From Spirochaetota bacterium (lineage in GTDB: Bacteria; Spirochaetota; UBA4802; UBA5550), in NCBI GenBank assembly GCA_050298055.1, contig JBNKTL010000023.1, forward strand, positions 1-64,000: a DNA stretch of 64,000 nucleotides, read 5' to 3'. Shown here piece by piece: positions 1-7,514 of this stretch (position 1 is the first letter of the stretch; each line of letters begins with the position of its first letter). The position numbers and the translations under genes are program-made. The notes under the pieces are model-generated. The model did not search any database. It saw nothing but the letters and a program-made list of their open reading frames with translations, and had not been told where the DNA came from.

Positions 1-116
1 TGCTAAAAAAGTTATTTTCGATGAGCTTCATTTTTAGTATATTGGGATAGACGATTCAGGGCTATTTAATACGGAGCAAAAATGTTAAATTTTATAGATG
101 AGGATGGTGCGATATT

Positions 117-1445
117 TTGAAAAACCGTGCACTGCTTCTCATCATTTTACTCTTTTTCTTTTCATTGGACTGCGGCAACGGCTCCCATGACACAACACCT
201 CCGGATTATTCATGGACAGAACATCCCTCGAACCCGATTATCGATTCAAACTGGAACGCTCTTTATGATTTATTGATCAATGATCCCTGTGTCATCAAAG
301 AGGGAACTGCATACAGGATGTGGTTTTCCGGGGGAACGGGGCTCGGGGTGAATCATGTTAAAATATATGAAGGAACTTCAACCGACGGCATAACATGGAA
401 CATGGGGACCGATGTCCTTCTTGAATCCAACAGTGATGCAACGGCTACCGGCACTCCTTCACCTGATGTTACGGGGACATACAACCTTGTTGGAGAAGAG
501 ATCGCTGATCTCTATAATGACAGACCTGTGTTTAAATTAAACGGGCAAAACTGGTATCTATGGTATGATTCTTCGGCAGGTTATTACAGGATATCCGCAT
601 CAACCGGGAATGCCGGTTCAGAGTCCTGGCTCGGTGACGGCGGTACAAAAGTAGACGGAACATATACACCCCAGGGTTCGGCAACAGGCAGCATAACAAT
701 AATAAGTGACTGGGACTCGGAAAAAATTGAGACCCCGGTAGTCGTCAAAGCCGGCAGTACATATCATCTCTATTATTCCGGATTCAAGATAGGAGACGGG
801 CCCGGAAAATACCAGCTTGGCCATGCCACAAGCCCTGACGGAACAAGCTGGACAAAGGACCCGGCGAACCCCGTCGTGTCATATACGGATGATCCCAATA
901 ACTGGGGATTTTATATGGCCGCCGAACCTGCCGTCATCTATGATAACGGCACTTTTTATTTATACTATGTAAGTGCCAAGTCAAGGGGGGGAGGATATAC
1001 AGGCGACCTCGCGGCCATACAGGGAATCTGTCTCGCGGAGAGCCCCGATGGTTCAGCTTTTACCTTTCAGCAGGCAGTGTTGACACAGAGTGAAAATTAT
1101 CCCGTTGATGAAAACTATGTGGGTTACTCAACACCTTTCGTCATGAAGGACTCTGAAGGGAAGTTCCATCTGTTCTACGATGTGGCAGCCTATCCGAACC
1201 CATCAGACTGGCGGCAGGTGGCCCTGGCCCATGCGGTAAGCGATGACCCGGTAAACTTTACTGAAATCGAATATGATATTTTTGTTTACGGCCAGGGTGA
1301 CTGGAAGGAGCATGAAGTAAGGGCCCCTTCGGTCCTGGAGGAAGACGGGTACTTCAAAATGTGGTTTGCAGGGAATAACAGCAGGTTCTGGGAGGCCGGA
1401 AACTTCATCTGGGCAATAGGCTATGCCACAAAGCTGAGAGAATAA
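117..1445 (+). CDS. Secreted beta-propeller glycoside-hydrolase-like protein (GH43/GH32-like fold), TTG start
   Basis: 442-aa ORF. Hydrophobic signal peptide with Cys (MKNRALLLIILLFFFSLDCG). Repeated blade-like motifs (DPCVIKEGTAYRMWFSG, WYLWYDSS, AEPAVIYDNGTFYLYYVS). In-frame TGA at 99-101, so TTG at 117 is the first possible start. Confidence 0.45.
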   Translation: MKNRALLLIILLFFFSLDCGNGSHDTTPPDYSWTEHPSNPIIDSNWNALYDLLINDPCVIKEGTAYRMWFSGGTGLGVNHVKIYEGTSTDGITWNMGTDVLLESNSDATATGTPSPDVTGTYNLVGEEIADLYNDRPVFKLNGQNWYLWYDSSAGYYRISASTGNAGSESWLGDGGTKVDGTYTPQGSATGSITIISDWDSEKIETPVVVKAGSTYHLYYSGFKIGDGPGKYQLGHATSPDGTSWTKDPANPVVSYTDDPNNWGFYMAAEPAVIYDNGTFYLYYVSAKSRGGGYTGDLAAIQGICLAESPDGSAFTFQQAVLTQSENYPVDENYVGYSTPFVMKDSEGKFHLFYDVAAYPNPSDWRQVALAHAVSDDPVNFTEIEYDIFVYGQGDWKEHEVRAPSVLEEDGYFKMWFAGNNSRFWEAGNFIWAIGYATKLRE

Positions 1446-1735
1446 AATTTAGTTCCCTGTTAAAAACAGAATAACGGGGCTTGCTCACCGGTTGTTTATT
1501 CCTTTCGCAAGAGTTCCTCCGGCCATTTCGAAATCACAGATTCTTCCCCTTTGTAGTAATCAACCGATGACGACCTTTCAAAAATCTGCATAACCGGCAA
1601 AAGATTCACTTTATCCGAATCCGGATACTCACAGACATCAAGCTCCATGGTTGAACGGATTATTTATAATGTTTTGTCAAAAAAGCTATTTATAATTGTA
1701 CTATATTATGTGCTGAGGACTGAGGAGGAGAATTC

Positions 1736-1915
1736 ATGAAAAAGATCTTTATTGTATGTTGTATCACGATGCTCTCACATCCTGGATGTAATAAAATCTC
1801 ACGGTTTATTGAGAACAAAATGTATGATACATTCAAAAAACAGGCTGCGGCAGATGTTAAAGGAACAAGCGCTGATACAAAAGAAAAAACTGAAGAAGAA
1901 GCCAGCTGCCATTAA
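1736..1915 (+). CDS. Small lipoprotein-like ORF (59 aa) in a frame not reported by the ORF track
   Basis: ATG 1736 lies 7 nt after a GGAGGAG Shine-Dalgarno. Product MKKIFIVCCITMLSHPGCNK... has a hydrophobic N-terminus with Cys, then a K/E-rich tail. Stop TAA at 1913-1915. Confidence 0.35.
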   Translation: MKKIFIVCCITMLSHPGCNKISRFIENKMYDTFKKQAAADVKGTSADTKEKTEEEASCH

Positions 1916-1990
1916 AGAGTCATCCCTATCGTTATTAAAATGATTGATTTATATTCAGTTTGGGATGTATGATATATTTCACCAAAAAGA

Positions 1991-3550
1991 TTATATTGTT
2001 AATTCAAATCTATGCAACTCTCCATTACCAATCAGAAGAGCACAGGATGAGCCCTGCACCCCCAGCCAGATAATCTTTGTAGCAGCTTTCCCATATTCCT
2101 CAATAAAAGGCAAAGGATAAGATGCAATTTCCTTCAAGGCTATCGTATCAAAAATAACCAGGGAGTTTGCATACTCTCTTTTTTTATTAATTTCTTTTGA
2201 AGAACGTAATACCAGATATAATTTATTATCAATGAAATGCCAGCAGCGCACAACCATCTTTTTATGGAAAGCTGAGACCTTTTTTAATTTTTTCCCATCA
2301 TAATCCACAAAAACCAGGGCATTTCTCCCGGCATCATACACCTCTAATATTGCCAGCCTTTGAGGGTTAAGAAGCAATGGATATGCTTTAACATTATCCA
2401 GACGAAGAGTTGTCACTATCTCCGGGGGTGAAAATCTTGTTAAGACCAGCCCGTCCTGAGTGGCCCAGCATACGCAGTCATCCAGCATGGTCGCGTAAGA
2501 TGAATCTTCCATATCATCTTTAAATGGCAATACTATCTCAATATCCGGCTCATCACTCTCATCAGGGAACCTGCATATACCATAGCCTTCATCTCTCTGT
2601 TCTATGTACATTGCCTCTTTTGTAAAAAACCAGCAGCAATCACAATCAACAGACTTTTTAACTTCCGGTTCTGCCGGTGATGATATATCGATAATGACCA
2701 TATCATATTCATATCTTAATATCAAAGAAGAATCGGAAAATTGAAATTCAGGATCATAGAAAGGGAAAGGAACCGGCAACGTGGTTTGACCGGCATATTT
2801 CAGCATAAAATTATCTGATATTTTCCACACTTTCAATAATTTATCTTCCTGGATTGTATAGAGATAATCTGAATGGGCAGCGGCAAAATGGATATGATCC
2901 CGCTCTGCTGCGGGATCAAATAGATCTTCAACTGCAACAGGTTCAAAGGAGAGAGGAGATTCTGTCTGATCTGATTTGAGATTCAGCTGCATAATTTCAG
3001 CTATTCTTTTCAAAAAAAGCGCTCCGGCATTTTCAGTGACCGGCGCATCCATGATACAGCTATCATGACTAAAAAAGCATAAACCGGGCTCCCCATCACT
3101 ATTTTTATCTCTGGGATGATACAGATACCAATCTGAATAGTCCCTGACAGGTGATTTAATCTCATGGGAAAATTCTTCATCTGATTCATCAAGAAATTCC
3201 GTTTCAAAATTTCCATGGTCACCAAGTATAAGACACCACCCTTTGTCATCGGGAAAAGAAATTTCCTCATGGACCTGTACGAGTTTTTTAAATGATTCAG
3301 GCCAATCAGTATATTTATCCGGATCAGCTGGCACCGTAGCTGTGAGTAAAGATCCATTATTAAACGTAACGATTAACTTATTATCTTCAATTTTAACATT
3401 TTCAACATGATCTGAAATTTCTTTCAACGTTTTTTCATATCCCGGTGAATCAGCAAGGTAATTGAAATGTTCAAAGAAAGCCTCTTTGAGATTTTTAGCA
3501 TTTACAATTGATTTCCAGGTATCCTGGTAATTATTTTTTGTATCTGTCAT
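1991..3550 (-). CDS. Hypothetical protein (519 aa), unknown function, lies directly downstream of the acidic small protein at 3600..4070
   Basis: Long ORF with ordinary composition and no recognisable catalytic motif. Several Cys clusters (CDCCWFF, CVCW). The C-terminal half has beta-strand-rich repeats. Separated by 49 nt from the upstream gene on the same strand. Confidence 0.6.
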   Translation of the reverse strand: MTDTKNNYQDTWKSIVNAKNLKEAFFEHFNYLADSPGYEKTLKEISDHVENVKIEDNKLIVTFNNGSLLTATVPADPDKYTDWPESFKKLVQVHEEISFPDDKGWCLILGDHGNFETEFLDESDEEFSHEIKSPVRDYSDWYLYHPRDKNSDGEPGLCFFSHDSCIMDAPVTENAGALFLKRIAEIMQLNLKSDQTESPLSFEPVAVEDLFDPAAERDHIHFAAAHSDYLYTIQEDKLLKVWKISDNFMLKYAGQTTLPVPFPFYDPEFQFSDSSLILRYEYDMVIIDISSPAEPEVKKSVDCDCCWFFTKEAMYIEQRDEGYGICRFPDESDEPDIEIVLPFKDDMEDSSYATMLDDCVCWATQDGLVLTRFSPPEIVTTLRLDNVKAYPLLLNPQRLAILEVYDAGRNALVFVDYDGKKLKKVSAFHKKMVVRCWHFIDNKLYLVLRSSKEINKKREYANSLVIFDTIALKEIASYPLPFIEEYGKAATKIIWLGVQGSSCALLIGNGELHRFELTI

Positions 3551-3599
3551 TTTCTCTTCCTTATAAATGATATCAATTAAAGATGATTTTTTTCATTTA

Positions 3600-4070
3600 T
3601 TAACCCACCCAATTCCCGGGTTCAGTAAATGTAAGCTCGAAACCACCTTTCGACTCCAAATATTCCTTGACGGAACGATGCACCACAACCGCGTTGACAC
3701 TTTCCGCGAGACGAAACATAAGGCAACCCTGAACAGCTGTCTCATCCAGCTTGACTGAATCGAAGTCGGTATCGATCAAACCATTTTCGGCATGTGCCAT
3801 GGCAACTGACTTCTCCATATCCGCCGCCTTTACTAAACCCAGGATATTAACAGCCTGGTAATCTTTACAAACTTCACCGGTTTTAGAATCGATAATCCGC
3901 ACATCGAATGTTTCAAGATTATCAACCCCGCTTTCCCTGATAGCTTTGACCACGTCATCTTCATTGATTCCCCACTCATCTTCCCAATCGTCAAAGTCAA
4001 CATCCAGTGGTTTTTGGGTTGGCTCTCCGGTTTTAAGCCCCCAGCTATCCATCATATAATATTCACTCAT
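3600..4070 (-). CDS. Acidic small protein, paralog of 22397..22999 (uncharacterised family; immunity-protein-like is a guess)
   Basis: Start moved to the internal ATG (MSEYYMMDSW), which is preceded by a GAAGAGGG RBS-like stretch and aligns with the MPYYVM start of the paralog. Shared blocks: GVDNLETF, NI/VIGLV.AAD...SV, FDxxxxDE, LxFRLAE, A(I/V)VVH, GxWxG at the C-terminus. About 45% identity over the C-terminal ~115 aa. Confidence 0.6.
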   Translation of the reverse strand: MSEYYMMDSWGLKTGEPTQKPLDVDFDDWEDEWGINEDDVVKAIRESGVDNLETFDVRIIDSKTGEVCKDYQAVNILGLVKAADMEKSVAMAHAENGLIDTDFDSVKLDETAVQGCLMFRLAESVNAVVVHRSVKEYLESKGGFELTFTEPGNWVG

Positions 4071-4352
4071 AACACCGCCCTCTTCTTTTGGGAACTTCCT
4101 GTTATAATAACGCAATCCTTCATTTTACTCAATTGTGTGAGGTGACACAATACTCGTTTATGAATATGTGTAAACTATTTTCTGTTGACAGGTCGACGCA
4201 ATGCCAACATTTCTTGAGCAGGATGATCTAATACGTGCACCCGTTATGCGATATTTATACATTTTTTATTATAAATGAAAAAAAGAGTTGAATAAATTCA
4301 TGAACTTTTTAGTGTGCCAGAACAATAAATCATAAAGGAGAAACAATTTCAG

Positions 4353-4496
4353 GTGACAGGCAGAAAAACATATCACTCTTCTTACCTTTACCCGGTAGAA
4401 ACAGCGGGACAGAGGAAGCTTTGCCTGTACGGGAAGGATGAACTCACTTTTGATATAAGTTCAGCAGAGGGGGAGAGACACCCGGACTTTCGTTAA
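4353..4496 (+). CDS. Candidate micro-ORF (47 aa, GTG start)
   Basis: AAGGAG at 4335-4340, GTG at 4353, TAA at 4494-4496. An intrinsic terminator follows 30 nt downstream at 4525..4556. Not supported by homology. Confidence 0.25.
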   Translation: MTGRKTYHSSYLYPVETAGQRKLCLYGKDELTFDISSAEGERHPDFR

Positions 4497-4524
4497 TGTT
4501 ATAATATATTTTCTATTTATACCA

Positions 4525-4556
4525 GAAGCGGGAGCCAAAACTCCCGCTTTTTTTGT
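4525..4556 (+). terminator. Rho-independent terminator (AGCGGGAG/CTCCCGCT stem followed by TTTTTTT)
   Basis: Stem 4527-4534/4541-4548 with loop CCAAAA and T-run 4549-4555. The T-run follows the stem on the + strand only. Confidence 0.6.
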
Positions 4557-4587
4557 TTATGAGATAATAAGGAGAAGAGAGATTTTT

Positions 4588-4728
4588 ATGAAGCATTTTT
4601 TACATACCATCCAGGTACCGGAGAGGGTGCAGTTAAACACCCTTCAGGGAGAGGTGCGCCCGCTGATGAATGCATATAGCAATATAGATGCGTCATTTGA
4701 TAAGGGCAGGAGTGTTTTCCGCTTATAG
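4588..4728 (+). CDS. Candidate small protein (46 aa) with its own RBS and terminator
   Basis: AAGGAGAAGAGAG then ATG 4588. Product MKHFLHTIQVPERVQLNTLQGEVRPLMNAYSNIDASFDKGRSVFRL. TAG at 4726-4728. Terminator 30 nt downstream. The overlapping minus ORF 4586..4900 is an artefact. Confidence 0.35.
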   Translation: MKHFLHTIQVPERVQLNTLQGEVRPLMNAYSNIDASFDKGRSVFRL

Positions 4729-4757
4729 TGTATATTTTATCATACAATATAGAGAAA

Positions 4758-4790
4758 AAAGCGGAAGGCAGAAACCTTCCGCTTTTTTTT
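4758..4790 (+). terminator. Rho-independent terminator (AAGCGGAAGG/CCTTCCGCTT followed by TTTTTTTT)
   Basis: Perfect 10-bp stem 4759-4768/4776-4785, 7-nt loop, T8 run. Confidence 0.65.
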
Positions 4791-4823
4791 GCATATATAA
4801 AAGGGGAAATGGAAATGGAACCA

Positions 4824-4915
4824 GGATTGCTAACACCACCTGACGGTAAATCAGGCCCGCTGTAACAAACAGGTGTGCCGGCATAGGGAACCGGGTTCAA
4901 ATCCCGGGCAATCCG
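4824..4915 (+). tRNA. Aberrant tRNA-like element (~92 nt): perfect 7-bp acceptor stem and canonical T-arm, Tyr-like anticodon hairpin with G at position 33, no D-arm
   Basis: Acceptor GGATTGC (4824-4830) pairs with GCAATCC (4908-4914). T-arm CCGGG-TTCAAAT-CCCGG (4891-4907). Hairpin CCTGA-CGGTAAA-TCAGG (4839-4855), compared with the Tyr loop CUGUAAA. Only 8 nt separate the acceptor from this hairpin, so no D-arm can form. A 35-nt region precedes the T-arm. Confidence 0.35.
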
Positions 4916-4986
4916 GAGAGTATGACCTAACTACAACGGTTGCAGGAATGAATCACCAACTGCCTGGATAAATAAAGAGTAGGTGT

Positions 4987-5058
4987 GGGACTGTAGTTTA
5001 AACGGGAGAACACTGCTTTTGCAAAGCAGAGGAGGGGGTTCGATTCCCCCCGGCTCCA
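4987..5058 (+). tRNA. tRNA-Ala (anticodon UGC)
   Basis: Manual cloverleaf fold. Acceptor GGGACTG/CGGCTCC with the G3:U70 Ala identity pair and one A4:C69 mismatch. U8. D-stem GTTT/GAAC. Anticodon arm CTGCT-TTTGCAA-AGCAG. Variable region AGGA. T-arm GGGGG-TTCGATT-CCCCC. Discriminator A. CCA not encoded. Confidence 0.75.
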
Positions 5059-5063
5059 GATAA

Positions 5064-5136
5064 GGGGTAGTCGTCTAACGGTACAGGACAGCGGCCTTTC
5101 CAGCCGTCAACGGGAGTTCGATTCTCCTCTACCCTG
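5064..5136 (+). tRNA. tRNA-Glu (anticodon UUC)
   Basis: Acceptor GGGGTAG/CTACCCT. D-arm TCGTCTAACGGTACAGGAC resembles the bacterial Glu D-arm. Anticodon arm GCGGC-CTTTCCA-GCCGT. T-arm GGGAG-TTCGATT-CTCCT. Discriminator G. Confidence 0.8.
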
Positions 5137-5177
5137 ATAGTGTAATGGCAGGTGCATTAAGAGCAGATGAATTATCA

Positions 5178-5251
5178 GCCACCGTAGCCCAACCGGCAGA
5201 GGCGCATGATTTAGAATCATGTGAGTGGAGGTTCGAACCCTCCCGGTGGCA
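5178..5251 (+). tRNA. Type-I (short variable arm) tRNA with anticodon UAG (nominally Leu/CUA, atypical for bacteria)
   Basis: Perfect acceptor GCCACCG/CGGTGGC, U8. D-arm GCCC-AACCGGCAG-AGGC. Anticodon arm CATGA-TTTAGAA-TCATG. 5-nt variable loop TGAGT. T-arm GGAGG-TTCGAAC-CCTCC. Discriminator A. Confidence 0.6.
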
Positions 5252-5283
5252 ATGGCACAGTCAAATAAAAAAGGAGGTTGACC

Positions 5284-5715
5284 ATGAGAAGATTCAACAT
5301 TGATGAAATCAGGAAAACTATTATCGAAAGCTCACCGGGGAGTTCGGTCTACATCGGCTGTGATTCAAAGGTCATAAAGAAGAGTACCCTATTCGGCCTG
5401 GCGCTTATCCTTCACATTGATTCTTCAAAGGGGGGGATCTGTTTTGCCCGAAGGATCAGGGAGGAGAGACGCATGCCCCTGAGGGAGAGATTGATGAAAG
5501 AGGTTGAGCTGGCAGTGGACACTGCTTTTCATATCTTCGATGTTATCGGTTCGAGAAATTTCGAGATCCACCTGGACATCAACCCGAAGAAGGAACACAG
5601 GAGCCATTCGGTCATTAACCAGGCTACGGGATATGTGGCGGCACAGGGATTTGAATGGCAGGTAAAACCGGCGGCATTTGCCGCATCCACAGCGGCTGAT
5701 TACATCATCAGCTGA
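5284..5715 (+). CDS. Hypothetical protein, possibly DUF458/YkuK-type RNase H-like fold
   Basis: ATG 5284 lies 7 nt after AAGGAGG, so it is preferred over the track's TTG 5278. IGCDSK...ALILH motif resembles YkuK-like proteins. Assignment from memory only. Confidence 0.45.
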   Translation: MRRFNIDEIRKTIIESSPGSSVYIGCDSKVIKKSTLFGLALILHIDSSKGGICFARRIREERRMPLRERLMKEVELAVDTAFHIFDVIGSRNFEIHLDINPKKEHRSHSVINQATGYVAAQGFEWQVKPAAFAASTAADYIIS

Positions 5716-5879
5716 CACAAAGGAAGGATGCGGCATCAGTGCTGCCGGCAACCAAACTATGGCTGTAACACTTTTATATATATCCCGCGGCATGGTTTCA
5801 CTACGGCCATCCAGTGCCGTTAAACACTGTTTAACCGGTATACTGGATATGTATGGAACATACGGCGCTACCGCAAGTG

Positions 5880-5945
5880 GAAGGTTCAAATCCTTCACAC
5901 TGTTTGAGACGGTGTTAGCTCAGGAGGTAGAGCAGCGGACAACCC
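5880..5945 (+). pseudogene. tRNA-derived fragments: a T-arm plus 3' acceptor piece followed by a tRNA 5' piece
   Basis: GAAGG-TTCAAAT-CCTTC followed by ACACTGT (5880-5903) has no anticodon arm upstream. TTAGCTCAGGAGGTAGAGCAGCGGA (5913-5937) is a canonical U8 plus D-arm plus 5' anticodon stem with no matching 3' half. Confidence 0.3.
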
Positions 5946-6355
5946 ATTTAAGGTTGTTTAAACTTTAAGGGACTCAAAATCCCTCCAAAGTACTCAATGA
6001 AACTGACACTTTCATTGATGCCGAGAGGCAAAAACATGAAGCTGTGCGGATGATGCATCCCGGTTTCCCCCTGCAGTCTTTTCCCGATGCGGGCGGAAAC
6101 ACTGCCATGAAGGCCATGAAGGCAGGCGGATACCGTTCCGGTCAGCAGCCAGGCTGCGGCGGACCTGAAGCGCCGGGGAAGATGGTTTCCCCGGCATACC
6201 AGCTCCCCCGGCAGCTTTTCTGCCGGACCGGGAACTCAAGCCTGGCTCCGCGTTTATGCCGGGAGGTGCATCATCTGCCGGCTTCTGAAAAATTTTGATA
6301 CTGATGAATACAGTATATATTACCGGAAAAATCTATAAGAAAAGGAGGCAGATAG

Positions 6356-7459
6356 ATGAGAATAAGAATCAGGAAAGACCAGGTGGGCCTTAAGTACAGG
6401 TATGGGGACTTTATCGGCATTCTGGAACCGGGGATACACATCTACTCGTTTATTCTGGGATACACCGTTGAGGTCTACAACATCAACCAGCCATTCGCTC
6501 CGGGGAAGGAACTCAATGTCTACCTGGGCAACAGGAAGCTGGTTGAAAAGCTTGAAGTGATCGACGTCAGGGACGGTGAAATCGCACTTCACTTCGAGGA
6601 TGAGCACTTCACCGCTGTTCTTGCCCCGGGAGTCCATGCATTCTGGAAAGGGCTCAAGGAGCACAGGTTCAGAAAGATCAACCTGGATGATCCGTTCGTA
6701 GATAAAAGCATCAGCCCGGCAGTCCTGAATGATGAGAAGGTCATTAAATTCATCTACAGGTTCGCGGTAGATTCGGGAGAAAAGGGCCTGCTCTTCATCG
6801 ATGGTAAATTCAGGGAACTCCTTGAGCCGGGGGTCCACTCCTTCTGGAGGGGCGGCAAAACGGTCAGTGTCAGGACGGCGGACATGAGACAGCTTCAGCT
6901 GAACATGGCGGGGCAGGAGATCATGACCGCCGACCAGGTCACCCTGAGGGTGAACTTCGTGACCCAGTACAGGATCCTTGACCCGGTGAAGGTCTTTACC
7001 GGGATCAACTCCTACGAGGAGCAGCTCTACATCATGATGCAGCTGATCCTGAGGGAGTACATCGGCACCCTGAAACTGGACCAGCTGCTGAACATGAAGG
7101 AGGAGATCGGCCCCTTTGTCAACAGCAGGCTGAAGAAGATGGCCGGGAACTGGGGCCTGGAGTTTATCCACTCCGGTATCAAGGACATTATCCTTCCGGG
7201 GGAGATCAGGGAGATCCTGAACAGCGTCCTTGAAGCGGAGAAAAGGGCCCAGTCCAACATTATCACCAGGAGGGAGGAGACCGCATCCACCAGGAGCCTG
7301 CTGAATACCGCGCGGCTCATGGAGGACAACCCTACCCTCTTCAAGCTCAAAGAGCTGGAGCACATTGAAAGGATCAGTGATAAGATCAAGAGCCTTTCAG
7401 TGAGCGGCAACTCGGGCCTGCTTGAACAGCTGAAAGAACTTTTCGCGGCTGTCAAATAG
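6356..7459 (+). CDS. SPFH/band-7 (stomatin/prohibitin-like) domain protein
   Basis: 367 aa. RBS AAGGAGG upstream. SPFH-like core (GQEIMTADQVTLRVNFVTQYRILDPVKVF...EQLYIMMQLILREYIG) followed by a coiled-coil tail. The antisense ORF 6320..7363 is an artefact. Confidence 0.85.
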   Translation: MRIRIRKDQVGLKYRYGDFIGILEPGIHIYSFILGYTVEVYNINQPFAPGKELNVYLGNRKLVEKLEVIDVRDGEIALHFEDEHFTAVLAPGVHAFWKGLKEHRFRKINLDDPFVDKSISPAVLNDEKVIKFIYRFAVDSGEKGLLFIDGKFRELLEPGVHSFWRGGKTVSVRTADMRQLQLNMAGQEIMTADQVTLRVNFVTQYRILDPVKVFTGINSYEEQLYIMMQLILREYIGTLKLDQLLNMKEEIGPFVNSRLKKMAGNWGLEFIHSGIKDIILPGEIREILNSVLEAEKRAQSNIITRREETASTRSLLNTARLMEDNPTLFKLKELEHIERISDKIKSLSVSGNSGLLEQLKELFAAVK

Positions 7460-7514
7460 GCATCCTGCGGCAGCATGAGATTATTGTGCTGCTGCAGGGT
7501 GATTTATTCTTCAA

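Noticed and set aside
1500-1652. 51-aa minus-strand ORF (MELDVCEYPDSDKVNLLPVMQIFERSS...)
   Set aside because: No Shine-Dalgarno sequence and no terminator. Lies in AT-rich intergenic DNA. Likely chance ORF.
4824-4915. Interpretation of the aberrant tRNA-like element as tRNA-Sec (selC) or tmRNA
   Set aside because: The CCGGG-TTCAAAT-CCCGG arm could mimic a UCA anticodon loop only with a 9-nt loop, and no T-arm would then follow. No 8-bp acceptor or 6-bp D-stem can be formed. Too short for tmRNA.
6320-7363. 347-aa ORF antisense to the SPFH gene
   Set aside because: Pro/Gly/Val/Leu-rich, low-complexity translation typical of antisense frames in a GC-rich gene. The sense ORF has a strong RBS and a clear SPFH domain.
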